Origin: Candidatus Woesearchaeota archaeon
GTDB lineage: Archaea; Nanobdellota; Nanobdellia; SCGC-AAA011-G17; UBA489
Assembly (NCBI GenBank): GCA_964390715.1
Contig: CAYMIM010000013.1
Coordinates: 27,311 to 91,310 of the forward strand
Length of the DNA stretch: 64,000 bases
Direction: 5' to 3'
Made by a program: the position numbers and the translations under genes. Position 1 is the first letter of the stretch. Each line of letters starts with the position of its first letter. The notes under the pieces were generated by a model. It did no database searches. It had not been told where the DNA came from and worked only from the letters and a program-made list of their open reading frames with translations. Below are positions 8,695 through 18,526 of this stretch, piece by piece.

Positions 8695-10335
8695 ATGAGT
8701 TCCATACAAGAGACAGCCTACAAATATGCCTTACAGAACGCTATTCGTTACAATGGTAAAGCTAATCCTGGCGCGGTCATAGGAAAACTCTTTCTCGAGC
8801 ATAAAGACATCAAAAAAGAAGAAGTCATCAAGACAGTCAATGAGATAGTCAAAAAAGTAAATAAATTATCCGTAGAAGAGCAGACAAAAGAACTAGACAA
8901 GTTAGCTCCAGAATTATTGCACATAGAGGCTAAAAAAACTGACTTCAAAGAGTTGCCGAATGCGGTCATGGGTAAAGTAAAAACTCGTATTGCTCCAGAA
9001 CCATCAAAATACATGCATCTTGGACACGCTCTCGTATTCATCATCAACAAAGCATATGCGGACAAGTACAAGGGAAAATGTTTATTCCGTCTAGAGGATA
9101 CTAATCCAGAAAAAGCGACACAGGAATTTGTAGACAGTATGGATGAAGATATGAAGTGGCTGCGTTTAACTTACGATCAGAAGATTATTTGCTCTGAAAG
9201 AATGGATAGCTATTACAAATATGCTGAAACATTAATTAAAAATGGTAATGCTTACGTGTGTACTTGTAGTCAAGAAAAAGTAAAAGAGGGAAGAGAGAAA
9301 AAAGTGCGTTGTGCTTGTCTAAAGAAACTAAAACACAAAGAAGAGTGGGGAAAAATACTGGAAGGCGAATATGAGGAAGGAAAAGCGAATCTAAGGCTTG
9401 TTGGTGATATGGAATCAGACAACGGAGTTCTTCGTGACCCTATAATCATGCGAATTTCAAAGAAAAAACATTATGCGCAAGGAAATAAGTATTATGCGTG
9501 GCCTATGTATGATTTCGAAAACGCAATTGAAGATTCTATTGAGAATATTACGCATATCGTGAGAAGTAAAGAGTTTGAACTACGTTTATTTTTACAAGAT
9601 CTTATCAAAAAAATGCTCAAGTTACCCAAGCAAGAAGTAATTGAAATTGGTAGATTCAACATTATCGGTAAAACAACACAAGGAAGAGAGATTCGTGCGT
9701 TAATTGAGTCTGGAAAAGTAAAAAGCTGGGATGATCCACAATTAGTCACTCTCAAAGCTCTACGTCGTCGTGGCTTCGATCCAGAGACATTTTGGGATTT
9801 AGCTAAAGAAGTCGGTTTGTCCAAATCAGAAACCAATATCAGTGAGGAAATGCTCGAGACATTGAACAGAAAACGTATTGACAAAAAAGCAAAAAGATAT
9901 TTCATGGTAGAAAATCCTAAGAAGATAGTGATTGGAGATCACAAGCTCAAAGAGACAACAGTTCCTCTCCACCCAGAAGTCAAGGAGCATGGTCATCGAG
10001 TCATTAAGATCAATAATGAGTTCTACGTCGAAGATGAGATCAAGAAAGGAAAAGTCTACAGGTTCATGCACTTGTTCAATTTCAAAGACAATAAATTCGT
10101 CTCAGAGCCCTATGATCAGAAGTTAAATGCGCGGTTGATCCAATGGTTGCCTGTCGCTAAAGACGTAGTCAAGGTAGAAGTATTGATGAAAGATGGAACG
10201 ATAAAAGAAGGACTAGCGGAGCCAGCAATCAAAGATCTTAAAGTTGGAGAAGTCATTCAATTCGAAAGAAAGTTTTTCACACGATTAGATAAAAAAGAAA
10301 AAGATAAATTATATTTTGTCTACACGCACAAGTAG
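8695..10335 (+). CDS. gltX: Glutamyl-tRNA synthetase, archaeal/eukaryotic-type class I (GluRS)
   Basis: PEPSKYMHLGHALVFIINKAYADKYKGKCLFRLEDTNPEK (HIGH-type motif region) and IIMRISKKK (KMSKS-like). TATA TTTTATAT about 22 nt upstream of the ATG. Confidence 0.85.
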   Translation: MSSIQETAYKYALQNAIRYNGKANPGAVIGKLFLEHKDIKKEEVIKTVNEIVKKVNKLSVEEQTKELDKLAPELLHIEAKKTDFKELPNAVMGKVKTRIAPEPSKYMHLGHALVFIINKAYADKYKGKCLFRLEDTNPEKATQEFVDSMDEDMKWLRLTYDQKIICSERMDSYYKYAETLIKNGNAYVCTCSQEKVKEGREKKVRCACLKKLKHKEEWGKILEGEYEEGKANLRLVGDMESDNGVLRDPIIMRISKKKHYAQGNKYYAWPMYDFENAIEDSIENITHIVRSKEFELRLFLQDLIKKMLKLPKQEVIEIGRFNIIGKTTQGREIRALIESGKVKSWDDPQLVTLKALRRRGFDPETFWDLAKEVGLSKSETNISEEMLETLNRKRIDKKAKRYFMVENPKKIVIGDHKLKETTVPLHPEVKEHGHRVIKINNEFYVEDEIKKGKVYRFMHLFNFKDNKFVSEPYDQKLNARLIQWLPVAKDVVKVEVLMKDGTIKEGLAEPAIKDLKVGEVIQFERKFFTRLDKKEKDKLYFVYTHK

Positions 10336-10365
10336 ATTAATAAGGGGACAAAAGGAAACAAAAAA

Positions 10366-10698
10366 ATGACACTAGGATTAGAAGAGATTACCCGAGAAGA
10401 GGCGCAGATATTACGAGATGAAGGAAAAAAACTGAGAATAGAATTACCTCTAGTAGACGAAAACTCATGGGTTGATAGATTAAGCAACCGAACTACATGG
10501 ATTCCAAGTCTTCTCTATTTTGGACTCATAGATAAGATGGGTAAATGGGTAAAAACCAGAAGATTAAAGCAGTTTGAGAAAAAAGTAAGAGAAATTGCGG
10601 ATGAGTATGGGGCTACTGCAATATATAGAGTTAAAGAAAACACAAATGCTGGAGAAACCCAAGCAGTTCCAAGAAGAGTCGAATTTTATAGAGAATAA
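10366..10698 (+). CDS. Hypothetical protein (110 aa)
   Basis: ORF track only. No motif recognized. Confidence 0.35.
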   Translation: MTLGLEEITREEAQILRDEGKKLRIELPLVDENSWVDRLSNRTTWIPSLLYFGLIDKMGKWVKTRRLKQFEKKVREIADEYGATAIYRVKENTNAGETQAVPRRVEFYRE

Positions 10699-11409
10699 TT
10701 ATTTCCCATATCTTCGTTGTCGTTTCTGGAATTCATTAATGCAAGCGACAAAGTCTTTCTTTTCAAATTCAGGCCATAATGTATCGGGTAAGAAAATAAT
10801 TTCACTATAGATAGATTGCCAAGGCAAAAAGCCGCTTAAACGTGATTCAGATGTTCTAATGATTAAGTCTGGTTCATCTTGCATGTAGAGGTTTTCAGAG
10901 AACACTTGTTCATTAATGTCTTCAATTTTAAGTTTATTATCTTTAACTTGTTCGGCTATTTTCTTTGCTGCGTCAACAACTTCCGCTCGTCCACCATAGG
11001 CCATAGCGAAATTGACAACATATTGAGTGTGACTCTTAGTCAAATCCATTATTTTTTGCATGCGTTCCTGAATATCTTTGGGAAACATCCAAAGTCTTCC
11101 TATAAAATGGAAGCGAAGATTGCTCTCATGAATTTTAGGATCCGCGAGGACAGTGTCAAATTCCTTTCTGAAAAGATCCATTAAGTAGTTAAATTCATTT
11201 TTAGGTCTATCAAAATTTTCAACAGAAAACGCGTATAAAGTTAATTCTTTGATATCGTATTCCTTGCACCACTCAAAAAGATGTCTTAGTTTTTTTGCCC
11301 CCCACTCATGTCCTTTCCACGGTTTTAACATTAAGCGTTTAGCGAATCGTCTATTACCGTCAAGAATAATTCCTATATGGTGAGGCACGTTGTTGAGTGT
11401 TGGTTTCAT
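10699..11409 (-). CDS. uppS: Undecaprenyl/tritrans,polycis-polyprenyl diphosphate synthase (cis-prenyltransferase)
   Basis: HIGIILDGNRRFAKR...GHEWGAKKL...ELTLYAFSVENFDRPKNEFNYLMDLF matches UPPS conserved regions. Confidence 0.85.
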   Translation of the reverse strand: MKPTLNNVPHHIGIILDGNRRFAKRLMLKPWKGHEWGAKKLRHLFEWCKEYDIKELTLYAFSVENFDRPKNEFNYLMDLFRKEFDTVLADPKIHESNLRFHFIGRLWMFPKDIQERMQKIMDLTKSHTQYVVNFAMAYGGRAEVVDAAKKIAEQVKDNKLKIEDINEQVFSENLYMQDEPDLIIRTSESRLSGFLPWQSIYSEIIFLPDTLWPEFEKKDFVACINEFQKRQRRYGK

Positions 11410-11472
11410 TGCTAAGACCTCTAAAGAACTGCGGAAAATTGATTTAAATACCTTTCGTTGGTTACCGGAGAA

Positions 11473-12444
11473 TTACACAGCGCCTGCGAAAAAGAACAAG
11501 CCAAGCAAGAAAAGTCCATAGCACAAAAAGAGCAGGAAGCCAGTAAAAAATTGTGAAGAACGGGAAGAGAGAAGGAAGTGTGTTAAGAGAAGAGTCATCA
11601 CTAGCATCATCGGTAAAGCGAAAAAGAGATCAAACGTGGTGAAGGAAAAAGAAGTGATCAGCGAGGCCGTTCCTAAAATAAGCAGGATGTTAGCTATGTT
11701 CGAGCCAATAATATTGCCAAGGAAAACATCTGCCATGCCCTTGCGTGTTGCGCTGATAGTCACAAACAGTTCGGGAAGCGCTGTGCCAAAGGCGACAAGA
11801 GTAAGAGCGATCACTTGCTCGGAAAAACCAAGTTCAGCGCTAAGAAGAATGACAGAAGAGATAAGATAATGCGCGCCAAAAATCAGAGCGACAAACCCCA
11901 AAGTCAAATAAGTCAAGCTCAGGAAAAAAGACAGGCTCGCGAAAGGTGTTCTGCGTTCTTTTGCGTAAGTCTGAAGCTCACGAGTAACTAGTCGTGGAGA
12001 GGTCTTCATAAGATACAAAAAATAGCAGAGAAAAACAAAGAGGAACGCGAGACCTTCAAAGAAAGTAAGGCTGCCATCCAGAGAAAGAATCAATAACAGA
12101 GAAGTCACCACAAGAAGAAAAACAGCGTCATTCTGGAAAAAGCGTTTTTGAAAAGGAGCCGCGAGAAGAAAAAGTCCAAGTGCCATATTAAACCCAAGAT
12201 TGTAAAGGTTGCTGCCAAGAACATTACCTAAGCCAATAGCGGGAGTCCCGCGAAGCGCGGCGAAGATATTGGTGGCTAGCTCAGGGAACGACGTCCCAAC
12301 AGCGATCACAGTCAAGCCGATAATAAAAGGAGAGATGCGTAAATATGCCGCCAAAGAAGCTATCTCATCCACAACAACATCAGAACCTTTGACCAGAAGT
12401 CCGAGAGAAGCGATAAGGATAAAAAGAGTCAGGAGCATGTCCAA
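11473..12444 (-). CDS. Na+/Ca2+ exchanger family (CaCA, YrbG-like) membrane transporter
   Basis: Two alpha-repeat signatures, GNVLGSNLYNLG and GNIIGSNIANILLILG, in a polytopic 323-aa protein. Confidence 0.75.
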   Translation of the reverse strand: MDMLLTLFILIASLGLLVKGSDVVVDEIASLAAYLRISPFIIGLTVIAVGTSFPELATNIFAALRGTPAIGLGNVLGSNLYNLGFNMALGLFLLAAPFQKRFFQNDAVFLLVVTSLLLILSLDGSLTFFEGLAFLFVFLCYFLYLMKTSPRLVTRELQTYAKERRTPFASLSFFLSLTYLTLGFVALIFGAHYLISSVILLSAELGFSEQVIALTLVAFGTALPELFVTISATRKGMADVFLGNIIGSNIANILLILGTASLITSFSFTTFDLFFALPMMLVMTLLLTHFLLSSRSSQFFTGFLLFLCYGLFLLGLFFFAGAV

Positions 12445-12541
12445 GCCTTCGCCAAGAATCTTTTTAATGCTTTCGCGGAACCAGAAAATTTATATACTCT
12501 ATAATGATAACAAAAAGCTACTATAGGTAAGTGATAATAAA

Positions 12542-13951
12542 ATGGCCTTTGAAATCTTTACTGCAATCCAAGAGTACTTAACAGTTATTCTGCTATTACT
12601 TGCCGCGGTAATCTGGTACAAAGTCAGAAAAGAACGTGATGTTACTGGAATCAGATCTTATCGTATTTTCAATGTCATCTTGTTGCTCGCGTTGCCATTT
12701 TTGCTCCGCGTCATAAAATTCATACCTGAAGATATCAACCGTATCTTGCAGGCGGCGTTATTTTTCTTGATTTTCTTTGCTTTGTTCATTATTGCGACTC
12801 GTGAAAACAAGCGGATGCAGAGAGAAAGAACAAAAGAGCTCAAGGAATTGTTGTCTGAATCACAAAAGCATCCTATTCGTTATGAGTTCGCCCGTCGTAT
12901 TGTCCTTCCTGAATTGCAAAAGCTGCGCAAAAAGGAAGAGGAAGCGAAAAAGCAGCAAACGTTATTTGATGTAAGATTGAAAGAAGTTGAGAAGCGTGAG
13001 GCAAAAATCAAGGAAGAGTTCGAAACAATAAAGAAAGAAAGAGAAAGCGTGAAGCAAGAAGAAGTGCGAAAGACACAATTGCAAAAGGAAAATGAGCAGA
13101 AAGAAAAAGAAATGAGGAAGAAAGAGGAAGAAATAGCTAAGCTCTTGGAAAAAACAAAAGATCGTGAGTCTCAATTAAAAGCTGCACAAGAAAAAATAGC
13201 CCAGCGTGAAGTGGAGTTGGAAAAGAAATATGAGGAAACAGGTAATAAGTTCAGAGCGAAGAAAACACAGGAATTAAACCAATTGCGCGCTGAATACAAG
13301 ACTATAAAGAATCAAATGTATGATCGCATCAAGCGGCGCGAAGAGGAATTTAACCGCTTGGAAACAGATTTAGAACGCAGAGAACAAGAGCTTCGCGACA
13401 AGATCAAGCTGTATCAGAATATCGACAAGATAACTGAACAGAAGAACGCGGAGATGGATCGACGCCGTCAGGCGTTGCGCAAGATAGAAGAAAAAACTCT
13501 CCGTGAGGCGCAGCAAGTGCGTGAGGCGCAGCAGCAGCATGCTGAAGAGCGTCGCAAGTTACAGCAGGAAACAGAAGCGTTCAAAGATCATGAAGATGAA
13601 GTCAATGAAGAAAAAGAAAAGAGTGACAAGAAAGTCGCGCGCGTAGAAAAAACGCTAACAGATGCGCAGCAAATTCGTGAAGAGGCTCGCCAGAAGGAGC
13701 AAGAAGTTGCTACTTGGAGGCAAGAGTTAGATGCTCGTCAGAAAGATATGGATCGTGAAGAGACACGTATTGCCAAAGAGCGTTCAGATCTCGGAAAACA
13801 GGAAATGGAGATAAGCAAGAAAGAAGGCGATTTGCTTATGGAAAAATCCGCGTTTGATGAGTTGAGAATAAGCGAAAAGAAGATGCGGCGCGAAGCCATG
13901 AAGGAAAAAATGCCAGAGAAGAAAGAGAATGGCATGGTGAAGAGGAAGTAA
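12542..13951 (+). CDS. Membrane-anchored long coiled-coil protein (K/E/R-rich), function unknown
   Basis: N-terminal hydrophobic helices, then about 380 aa of heptad-like E/K/R/Q-rich sequence. Confidence 0.5.
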   Translation: MAFEIFTAIQEYLTVILLLLAAVIWYKVRKERDVTGIRSYRIFNVILLLALPFLLRVIKFIPEDINRILQAALFFLIFFALFIIATRENKRMQRERTKELKELLSESQKHPIRYEFARRIVLPELQKLRKKEEEAKKQQTLFDVRLKEVEKREAKIKEEFETIKKERESVKQEEVRKTQLQKENEQKEKEMRKKEEEIAKLLEKTKDRESQLKAAQEKIAQREVELEKKYEETGNKFRAKKTQELNQLRAEYKTIKNQMYDRIKRREEEFNRLETDLERREQELRDKIKLYQNIDKITEQKNAEMDRRRQALRKIEEKTLREAQQVREAQQQHAEERRKLQQETEAFKDHEDEVNEEKEKSDKKVARVEKTLTDAQQIREEARQKEQEVATWRQELDARQKDMDREETRIAKERSDLGKQEMEISKKEGDLLMEKSAFDELRISEKKMRREAMKEKMPEKKENGMVKRK

Positions 13952-13952
13952 A

Positions 13953-14294
13953 ATGGTCTACGAAAATATTGCGACGATATTGAATGGAGCTGCTCTCCTG
14001 TTTACAATACTAACACTAGTTCTTACAGTAAAAAATCGTGAGTTTGAGCGCGGTGAGGTAGAGAATACAGTCAACGCGTTGTTATTCGGATTTTTTATCA
14101 TGATGATCATCATGGTCATTAGAGTCATAGAAAGTCTCAACGCGTGGAAGCCAGAGCTCTTGTCTGGAGTCACTGCTGAAGCCACAACGTATGTAGGGTA
14201 TTTGACACAGATTGAAACGCTCGCGCTTGCTCCATTATTGGCGGTATGTTGTCTAGTAGCGATGTTTTTAGCCAAAGATCTGCTCGAAAAATAA
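13953..14294 (+). CDS. Small integral membrane protein (113 aa)
   Basis: Three hydrophobic segments. Adjacent to the coiled-coil gene (1-nt spacing). Confidence 0.45.
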   Translation: MVYENIATILNGAALLFTILTLVLTVKNREFERGEVENTVNALLFGFFIMMIIMVIRVIESLNAWKPELLSGVTAEATTYVGYLTQIETLALAPLLAVCCLVAMFLAKDLLEK

Positions 14295-14297
14295 GCA

Positions 14298-14861
14298 ATG
14301 AAGCAGTCAACAGGAGATGTTCTTAATAGAATTGATATATGGCATTACAATCTCTTTAGAAAACATTATAATAAAGAAGTAGAAAAAGAGGCAATAAAGG
14401 TTGCTAGAGATGCTTTAATAGAGAAAGGTTTAGAAAAAAAAGTAGTAGACCAACATATGAGTATTCTCTCACGAGTGACTATAACAAAACTTGCAGAAAC
14501 TTATTTTTTAAATAGATATTACCAATTAGAGGGGTTCGCCAATAGAGACAATCAAGATCAAGAAATAACAACAAGAGCTCAATCAGCATTTAAAAAACTA
14601 GAGGGGTTTGTTGATGCGGTAGAAAAGAGAGGAGGTAAAAAATCTGTAGAAAAGCTAACTGAAGAGGAAATAAAAGAAGCTTTTCAAAAAACATTTAGGA
14701 CTTGGAAAGGATTTGTTAAATTTAGGGAGAAAGTTATAGAGATAGAAAGTAGAGAATTGTATGACCATATGTCAGTTTTAGCATTTGGAGAAAGATTTCT
14801 AATAAGTCTATATGTTGTAAAAAAAACACTTCACTGTATTTATAAAAAGTTCCCAGACTAG
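14298..14861 (+). CDS. Hypothetical protein (187 aa), markedly AT-richer than neighbours
   Basis: ORF track. Visibly lower GC with abundant AGA/ATA/TTA codons compared with flanking core genes. Confidence 0.4.
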   Translation: MKQSTGDVLNRIDIWHYNLFRKHYNKEVEKEAIKVARDALIEKGLEKKVVDQHMSILSRVTITKLAETYFLNRYYQLEGFANRDNQDQEITTRAQSAFKKLEGFVDAVEKRGGKKSVEKLTEEEIKEAFQKTFRTWKGFVKFREKVIEIESRELYDHMSVLAFGERFLISLYVVKKTLHCIYKKFPD

Positions 14862-14932
14862 CAGAGTAAAAACAAGCGGAAGGTTTATAAATCACCATAA
14901 GTTAGAAAAGGTATATTTCTGGTGACAATTTC

Positions 14933-15577
14933 ATGACACAAATGGAAGATATGGTAAAGAAAGGGACGACAACAGTCGGTATAGTATGCAAAGATGGCAT
15001 TGTTCTAGCCGCGGATAAGCGGGCGACTGGCGGAAATATCATTATGGATAAGCATGTGGAAAAAGTAATTCCTATTACAGACAATGTCGCGATAACAACA
15101 GCGGGCCTTGTTTCTGATATCCAGCTCATCACAAAAGTCATTAAAGCGGAATTAAATCTCAAAAAAATGAGAACAGGTAAGGAGCCTTTAGTGAAAGAGG
15201 TTGCAAGTTTACTTGGTGTCATTGTCTACAATAACATTCGTAAGTTCAGCACTATTCCAGGAATTGTAGGATTCAACTTGGGTGGTGTGGATAAAGAAGG
15301 ATTCCACTTGTATAATATTGGAGTCGACGGCTCATTGATGAAATATGAGGATTATAGTGTAAATGGATCAGGAATGGTTTTCGCTTATGGTGTCTTAGAC
15401 ACGCTCTACAAAAAAGATATGATGATAGGTGACGGAGTGAAGCTGGCGATAAAAACTATTAATGCTGCCATTCAGCGTGACACTGCTAGCGGCGATGGTA
15501 TTGACATCATTGCTATCACAAAAGCTGGTGTAAAAAAAGTATTTAGTCAGAAAATAAATACCGTTATAGATGCGTAG
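14933..15577 (+). CDS. psmB: Proteasome subunit beta
   Basis: Short propeptide, then TTTVGIVCKDGIVLAADKRATGG (N-terminal Thr nucleophile region). Confidence 0.85.
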   Translation: MTQMEDMVKKGTTTVGIVCKDGIVLAADKRATGGNIIMDKHVEKVIPITDNVAITTAGLVSDIQLITKVIKAELNLKKMRTGKEPLVKEVASLLGVIVYNNIRKFSTIPGIVGFNLGGVDKEGFHLYNIGVDGSLMKYEDYSVNGSGMVFAYGVLDTLYKKDMMIGDGVKLAIKTINAAIQRDTASGDGIDIIAITKAGVKKVFSQKINTVIDA

Positions 15578-15645
15578 AGAGATACAAGCTTCTCAAAAGA
15601 ATTAGTTGATTGAAAGAGAGTGTAAAAAGAATTTAGAGTTATACT

Positions 15646-17550
15646 ATGGCCTCAATTATTGATGAAATCTTAAAGCACCTTCCAGAAAACGCGCAGATTA
15701 GTGAAACGATTTTCGAGGGAGCTAATATTATCTTGTACACCAAGAGTAGAGACTTCTTCATTAATCATCATGACGCGATCAGGAATATTGTCAGCATCAT
15801 CAAGAAGCGTGTTGAGCTCCGTCCAGATGCTTCTATCACTGTCGATCCAGAGAAAGCTGAGGCGATCATCAAGAAGATTATTCCAGAAGACGCGGGCATT
15901 GTGAAGATCATTTTCGACATTCCACGATCCATTGTTATCATCGACGCTGAGCGTCCGGGCGTAGTCATAGGCAAGCAAGGAGAGTTGTTACGGGAGATCA
16001 AGCAGCAAGTCTATTGGGTTCCTTTGATTCGCAGAACACCCGCTTTGCGATCACAGATCATTGAGAACATTCATCAGGTCTTGTATGAGAACAATGACTA
16101 TAGAAAGAAATTCCTCGACAAGGTAGGCCATCGTATTTATGACGGTTGGCTAAGAGGAGAGAAAAAACAGGAATGGATCCGTATAACAGTTTTAGGCGCT
16201 GGTCGTCATGTCGGTCGCTCCTGTATGTTTCTCCAAACTCCAGAATCAAGAATTTTATTAGACTGTGGAGTCAATGTCGCGGCTTCAGAGCAGGACGCCT
16301 ATCCGCAATTAGACACGCCAGAATTCCGTATGGAAGAATTAGACGCTGTCATTCTCGCGCATTCACACATTGATCATGGCGGTTTCATTCCTTACTTGTA
16401 TAAGATGGGGTATCGTGGTCCAGTCTATGCTACTGCTCCAACAAGAGATGTCATCGCTTTACTCACGTTAGATTACATTGGTGTCGCGTTCAAGCAGGCG
16501 AAAAAAGCGCTCTACGCGGCGACAGACATTCGTGAGATGGTCAAGCATACTATTTGTTTAGACTATGGTGAAGTGACTGATATTACGCCGGATATTCGTC
16601 TCACCTTTTACAACGCGGGTCACATTTTGGGAAGTTCCATGGTCCACTTGCACATCGGCAATGGGCTGCATAATTTATTGTACACAAGTGATTTCAAGTA
16701 CACGCGCACAGCGTTATTGGAAGCCGCTGAATCAAGATTCCCTCGTTTGGAAACCGTCATTATGGAAAGTACCTATGGCGCGAAAACTGATGTGTTGAAT
16801 CCAAGAAAAGAAGCGGAAGACGCGTTGCTCGAGGCGGCAAGACAAACCATCGATCGTGGCGGAAAAGTGCTCATTCCTGTCTTGGGAGTTGGTCGCGCGC
16901 AGGAGATTATGCTCATCCTCGAAGAAGCTGTGCGTACGGGAAAATTAATGAAAGTGCCTATTTATGTGCACGGTATGGTATGGGACGTGACTGCTATTCA
17001 CACTGCCTATCCAGATTTCCTCAATCGCAATATCAGAAAAGCGATCTTCCATAAAGATGAGAATCCATTCTTGTCAGACATCTTCAAGCGTGTTGGTTCA
17101 AGAAAAGAGCAGGATCAAGTAGTCAATGAAGAAGGTCCATGTATTATTTTAGCTACTGCGGGTTTCCTCAACGCGGGAGCGTCTCTAGAATACTTCAAGT
17201 TGCTCGCGAATAATCCAAAAAATACTCTCATTTTCGTTTCCTATCAATATGAAGGAAGTGTGGGTCGCAAAGTACAGGCGGGAGATCGCGAAGTGCAATT
17301 GCCCAATACAGGGGAACGTCCAGAAACAGTCAAAGTCAACATGGTTGTCAAGTCCATTAGCTCTTTAACCGGTCACGCTGGTCGTAATGAATTGATGCGT
17401 TTCGTCCATGATCTGTCACCTCGTCCAAAAAAGATCATTATCAACCACGGAGAAGCGAGCAAATGCTTGGATTTGGCTTCATCCCTCTACAAGCTATCGC
17501 ACATCGAAACCATTGCTCCAAGAAATCTCGATTCTATTAGATTGTTGTAA
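15646..17550 (+). CDS. aCPSF1/FttA-type KH-KH-metallo-beta-lactamase-beta-CASP ribonuclease
   Basis: N-terminal KH-like repeats, HSHIDHGG (HxHxDH) motif, beta-CASP region, 634 aa. Confidence 0.85.
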   Translation: MASIIDEILKHLPENAQISETIFEGANIILYTKSRDFFINHHDAIRNIVSIIKKRVELRPDASITVDPEKAEAIIKKIIPEDAGIVKIIFDIPRSIVIIDAERPGVVIGKQGELLREIKQQVYWVPLIRRTPALRSQIIENIHQVLYENNDYRKKFLDKVGHRIYDGWLRGEKKQEWIRITVLGAGRHVGRSCMFLQTPESRILLDCGVNVAASEQDAYPQLDTPEFRMEELDAVILAHSHIDHGGFIPYLYKMGYRGPVYATAPTRDVIALLTLDYIGVAFKQAKKALYAATDIREMVKHTICLDYGEVTDITPDIRLTFYNAGHILGSSMVHLHIGNGLHNLLYTSDFKYTRTALLEAAESRFPRLETVIMESTYGAKTDVLNPRKEAEDALLEAARQTIDRGGKVLIPVLGVGRAQEIMLILEEAVRTGKLMKVPIYVHGMVWDVTAIHTAYPDFLNRNIRKAIFHKDENPFLSDIFKRVGSRKEQDQVVNEEGPCIILATAGFLNAGASLEYFKLLANNPKNTLIFVSYQYEGSVGRKVQAGDREVQLPNTGERPETVKVNMVVKSISSLTGHAGRNELMRFVHDLSPRPKKIIINHGEASKCLDLASSLYKLSHIETIAPRNLDSIRLL

Positions 17551-17553
17551 GAA

Positions 17554-17609
17554 TTCCGAAAAAAGAGTAAATTTTCCGAAATTCAGTGTTTTTCCGAAAA
17601 GTTTATAAA
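17554..17609 (+). promoter_or_regulatory. Three direct TTCCGAAA(A) repeats at about 20-nt spacing plus a TTTATAAA TATA box about 26 nt upstream of the vapB ATG; putative operator/promoter of vapBC
   Basis: Repeats at 17554..17562, 17574..17581 and 17593..17600. TATA at 17602..17609. ATG at 17632. Confidence 0.5.
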
Positions 17610-17628
17610 ACTTAAAAAACTAAGAATA

Positions 17629-17904
17629 GTGATGGAACAAGTATACACATTCATGACTGATAAGGTAAAGCTAGGAAATAAAGGGCAACTAACCATACCT
17701 AAAAAGATTCGTGATGAAAGTAATTATAAGAAGAATGATACATTTATTCTAAAGCGTATGCCGAGTGGTACAATGACGCTAGAGAAACAACAAAAGAGCG
17801 ATCCTTACGATATGATGTTCAAGGCGATCGCGATGGCTCCTAAATTTAATGCGGACAAGGCGTGGGAAGAAGTAAGAGCGGAACGAAAGCGTGAAAGGTC
17901 ATGA
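17629..17904 (+). CDS. vapB: AbrB/MazE/SpoVT-type antitoxin (VapB-like); ATG at 17632, the track used the GTG at 17629
   Basis: KVKLGNKGQLTIPKKIRDE is a swapped-hairpin DNA-binding motif. Overlaps the downstream PIN gene by 4 nt. Confidence 0.65.
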   Translation: MMEQVYTFMTDKVKLGNKGQLTIPKKIRDESNYKKNDTFILKRMPSGTMTLEKQQKSDPYDMMFKAIAMAPKFNADKAWEEVRAERKRERS

Positions 17905-18302
17905 AATATTGCGCGGATACGTGGTTTATTCTAAAAGTATTTGAAAAAGACCAGCAAGGAGCGCAGATTATAGAGGATACAAAATTAGGAAAAGCGAGGA
18001 TAATAATACCTATCAGCACATTCGCGGAAGCGACAAAAAAACTAATGCAAGGGGGCGTTCCATACAGTGTAATCGAATTATTTTTTCAAGGAGTTGAAAG
18101 CTCAGAAAAAGTAACATTAATTAGTCTAGAAAAAGATATCGCTCTCGAAGCGGCGAAAATTGCGTTAAGCTATAATATAGCGATGCTGGACGCGTTTGTA
18201 GCCGCGACAGCGAAAACAATGGGCTGTGAGTACGTTCTCACTAAAGATACGGATTTTAAGCCATTGATAAAAGGAAATTATCTAAAAGTAAAATCTTGGT
18301 AA
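17901..18302 (+). CDS. vapC: PIN-domain ribonuclease toxin (VapC-like)
   Basis: N-terminal DTWFIL (Asp1), central E, LDAFVAATA and TKDTDF acidic motifs. 133 aa. Translationally coupled to vapB. Confidence 0.65.
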   Translation: MKYCADTWFILKVFEKDQQGAQIIEDTKLGKARIIIPISTFAEATKKLMQGGVPYSVIELFFQGVESSEKVTLISLEKDIALEAAKIALSYNIAMLDAFVAATAKTMGCEYVLTKDTDFKPLIKGNYLKVKSW

Positions 18303-18319
18303 GAGTTGATTACAAGAAC

Positions 18320-18454
18320 ATGATGATGCGAGAAAAACAAAAAATAAAGACGCCTGAAGACAGACTGATAGAGATAGTAAAAAAAGTCCCTCACTTTGGT
18401 TGGAAACAGGCGTGGAAAGAAGTGAAAGCGGAAAGGAAATGTGAAATATCTTGA
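18320..18454 (+). pseudogene. Remnant second vapB-like ORF (44 aa), similar to the C-terminal tail of VapB
   Basis: Translation MMMREKQKIKTPEDRLIEIVKKVPHFGWKQAWKEVKAERKCEIS. The tail KQAWKEVKAERK parallels VapB's DKAWEEVRAERKRERS. Confidence 0.4.
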
Positions 18455-18526
18455 AGTTTTATTGATATTACTATTAAGTAGGAACAAAAAGAAAGATTTA
18501 TATAGGACCTTTTTCCCAGAGAAGAT

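Noticed and set aside
14902-15222. 106-aa minus-strand ORF
   Set aside because: Antisense to the proteasome beta subunit gene, which is strongly supported.
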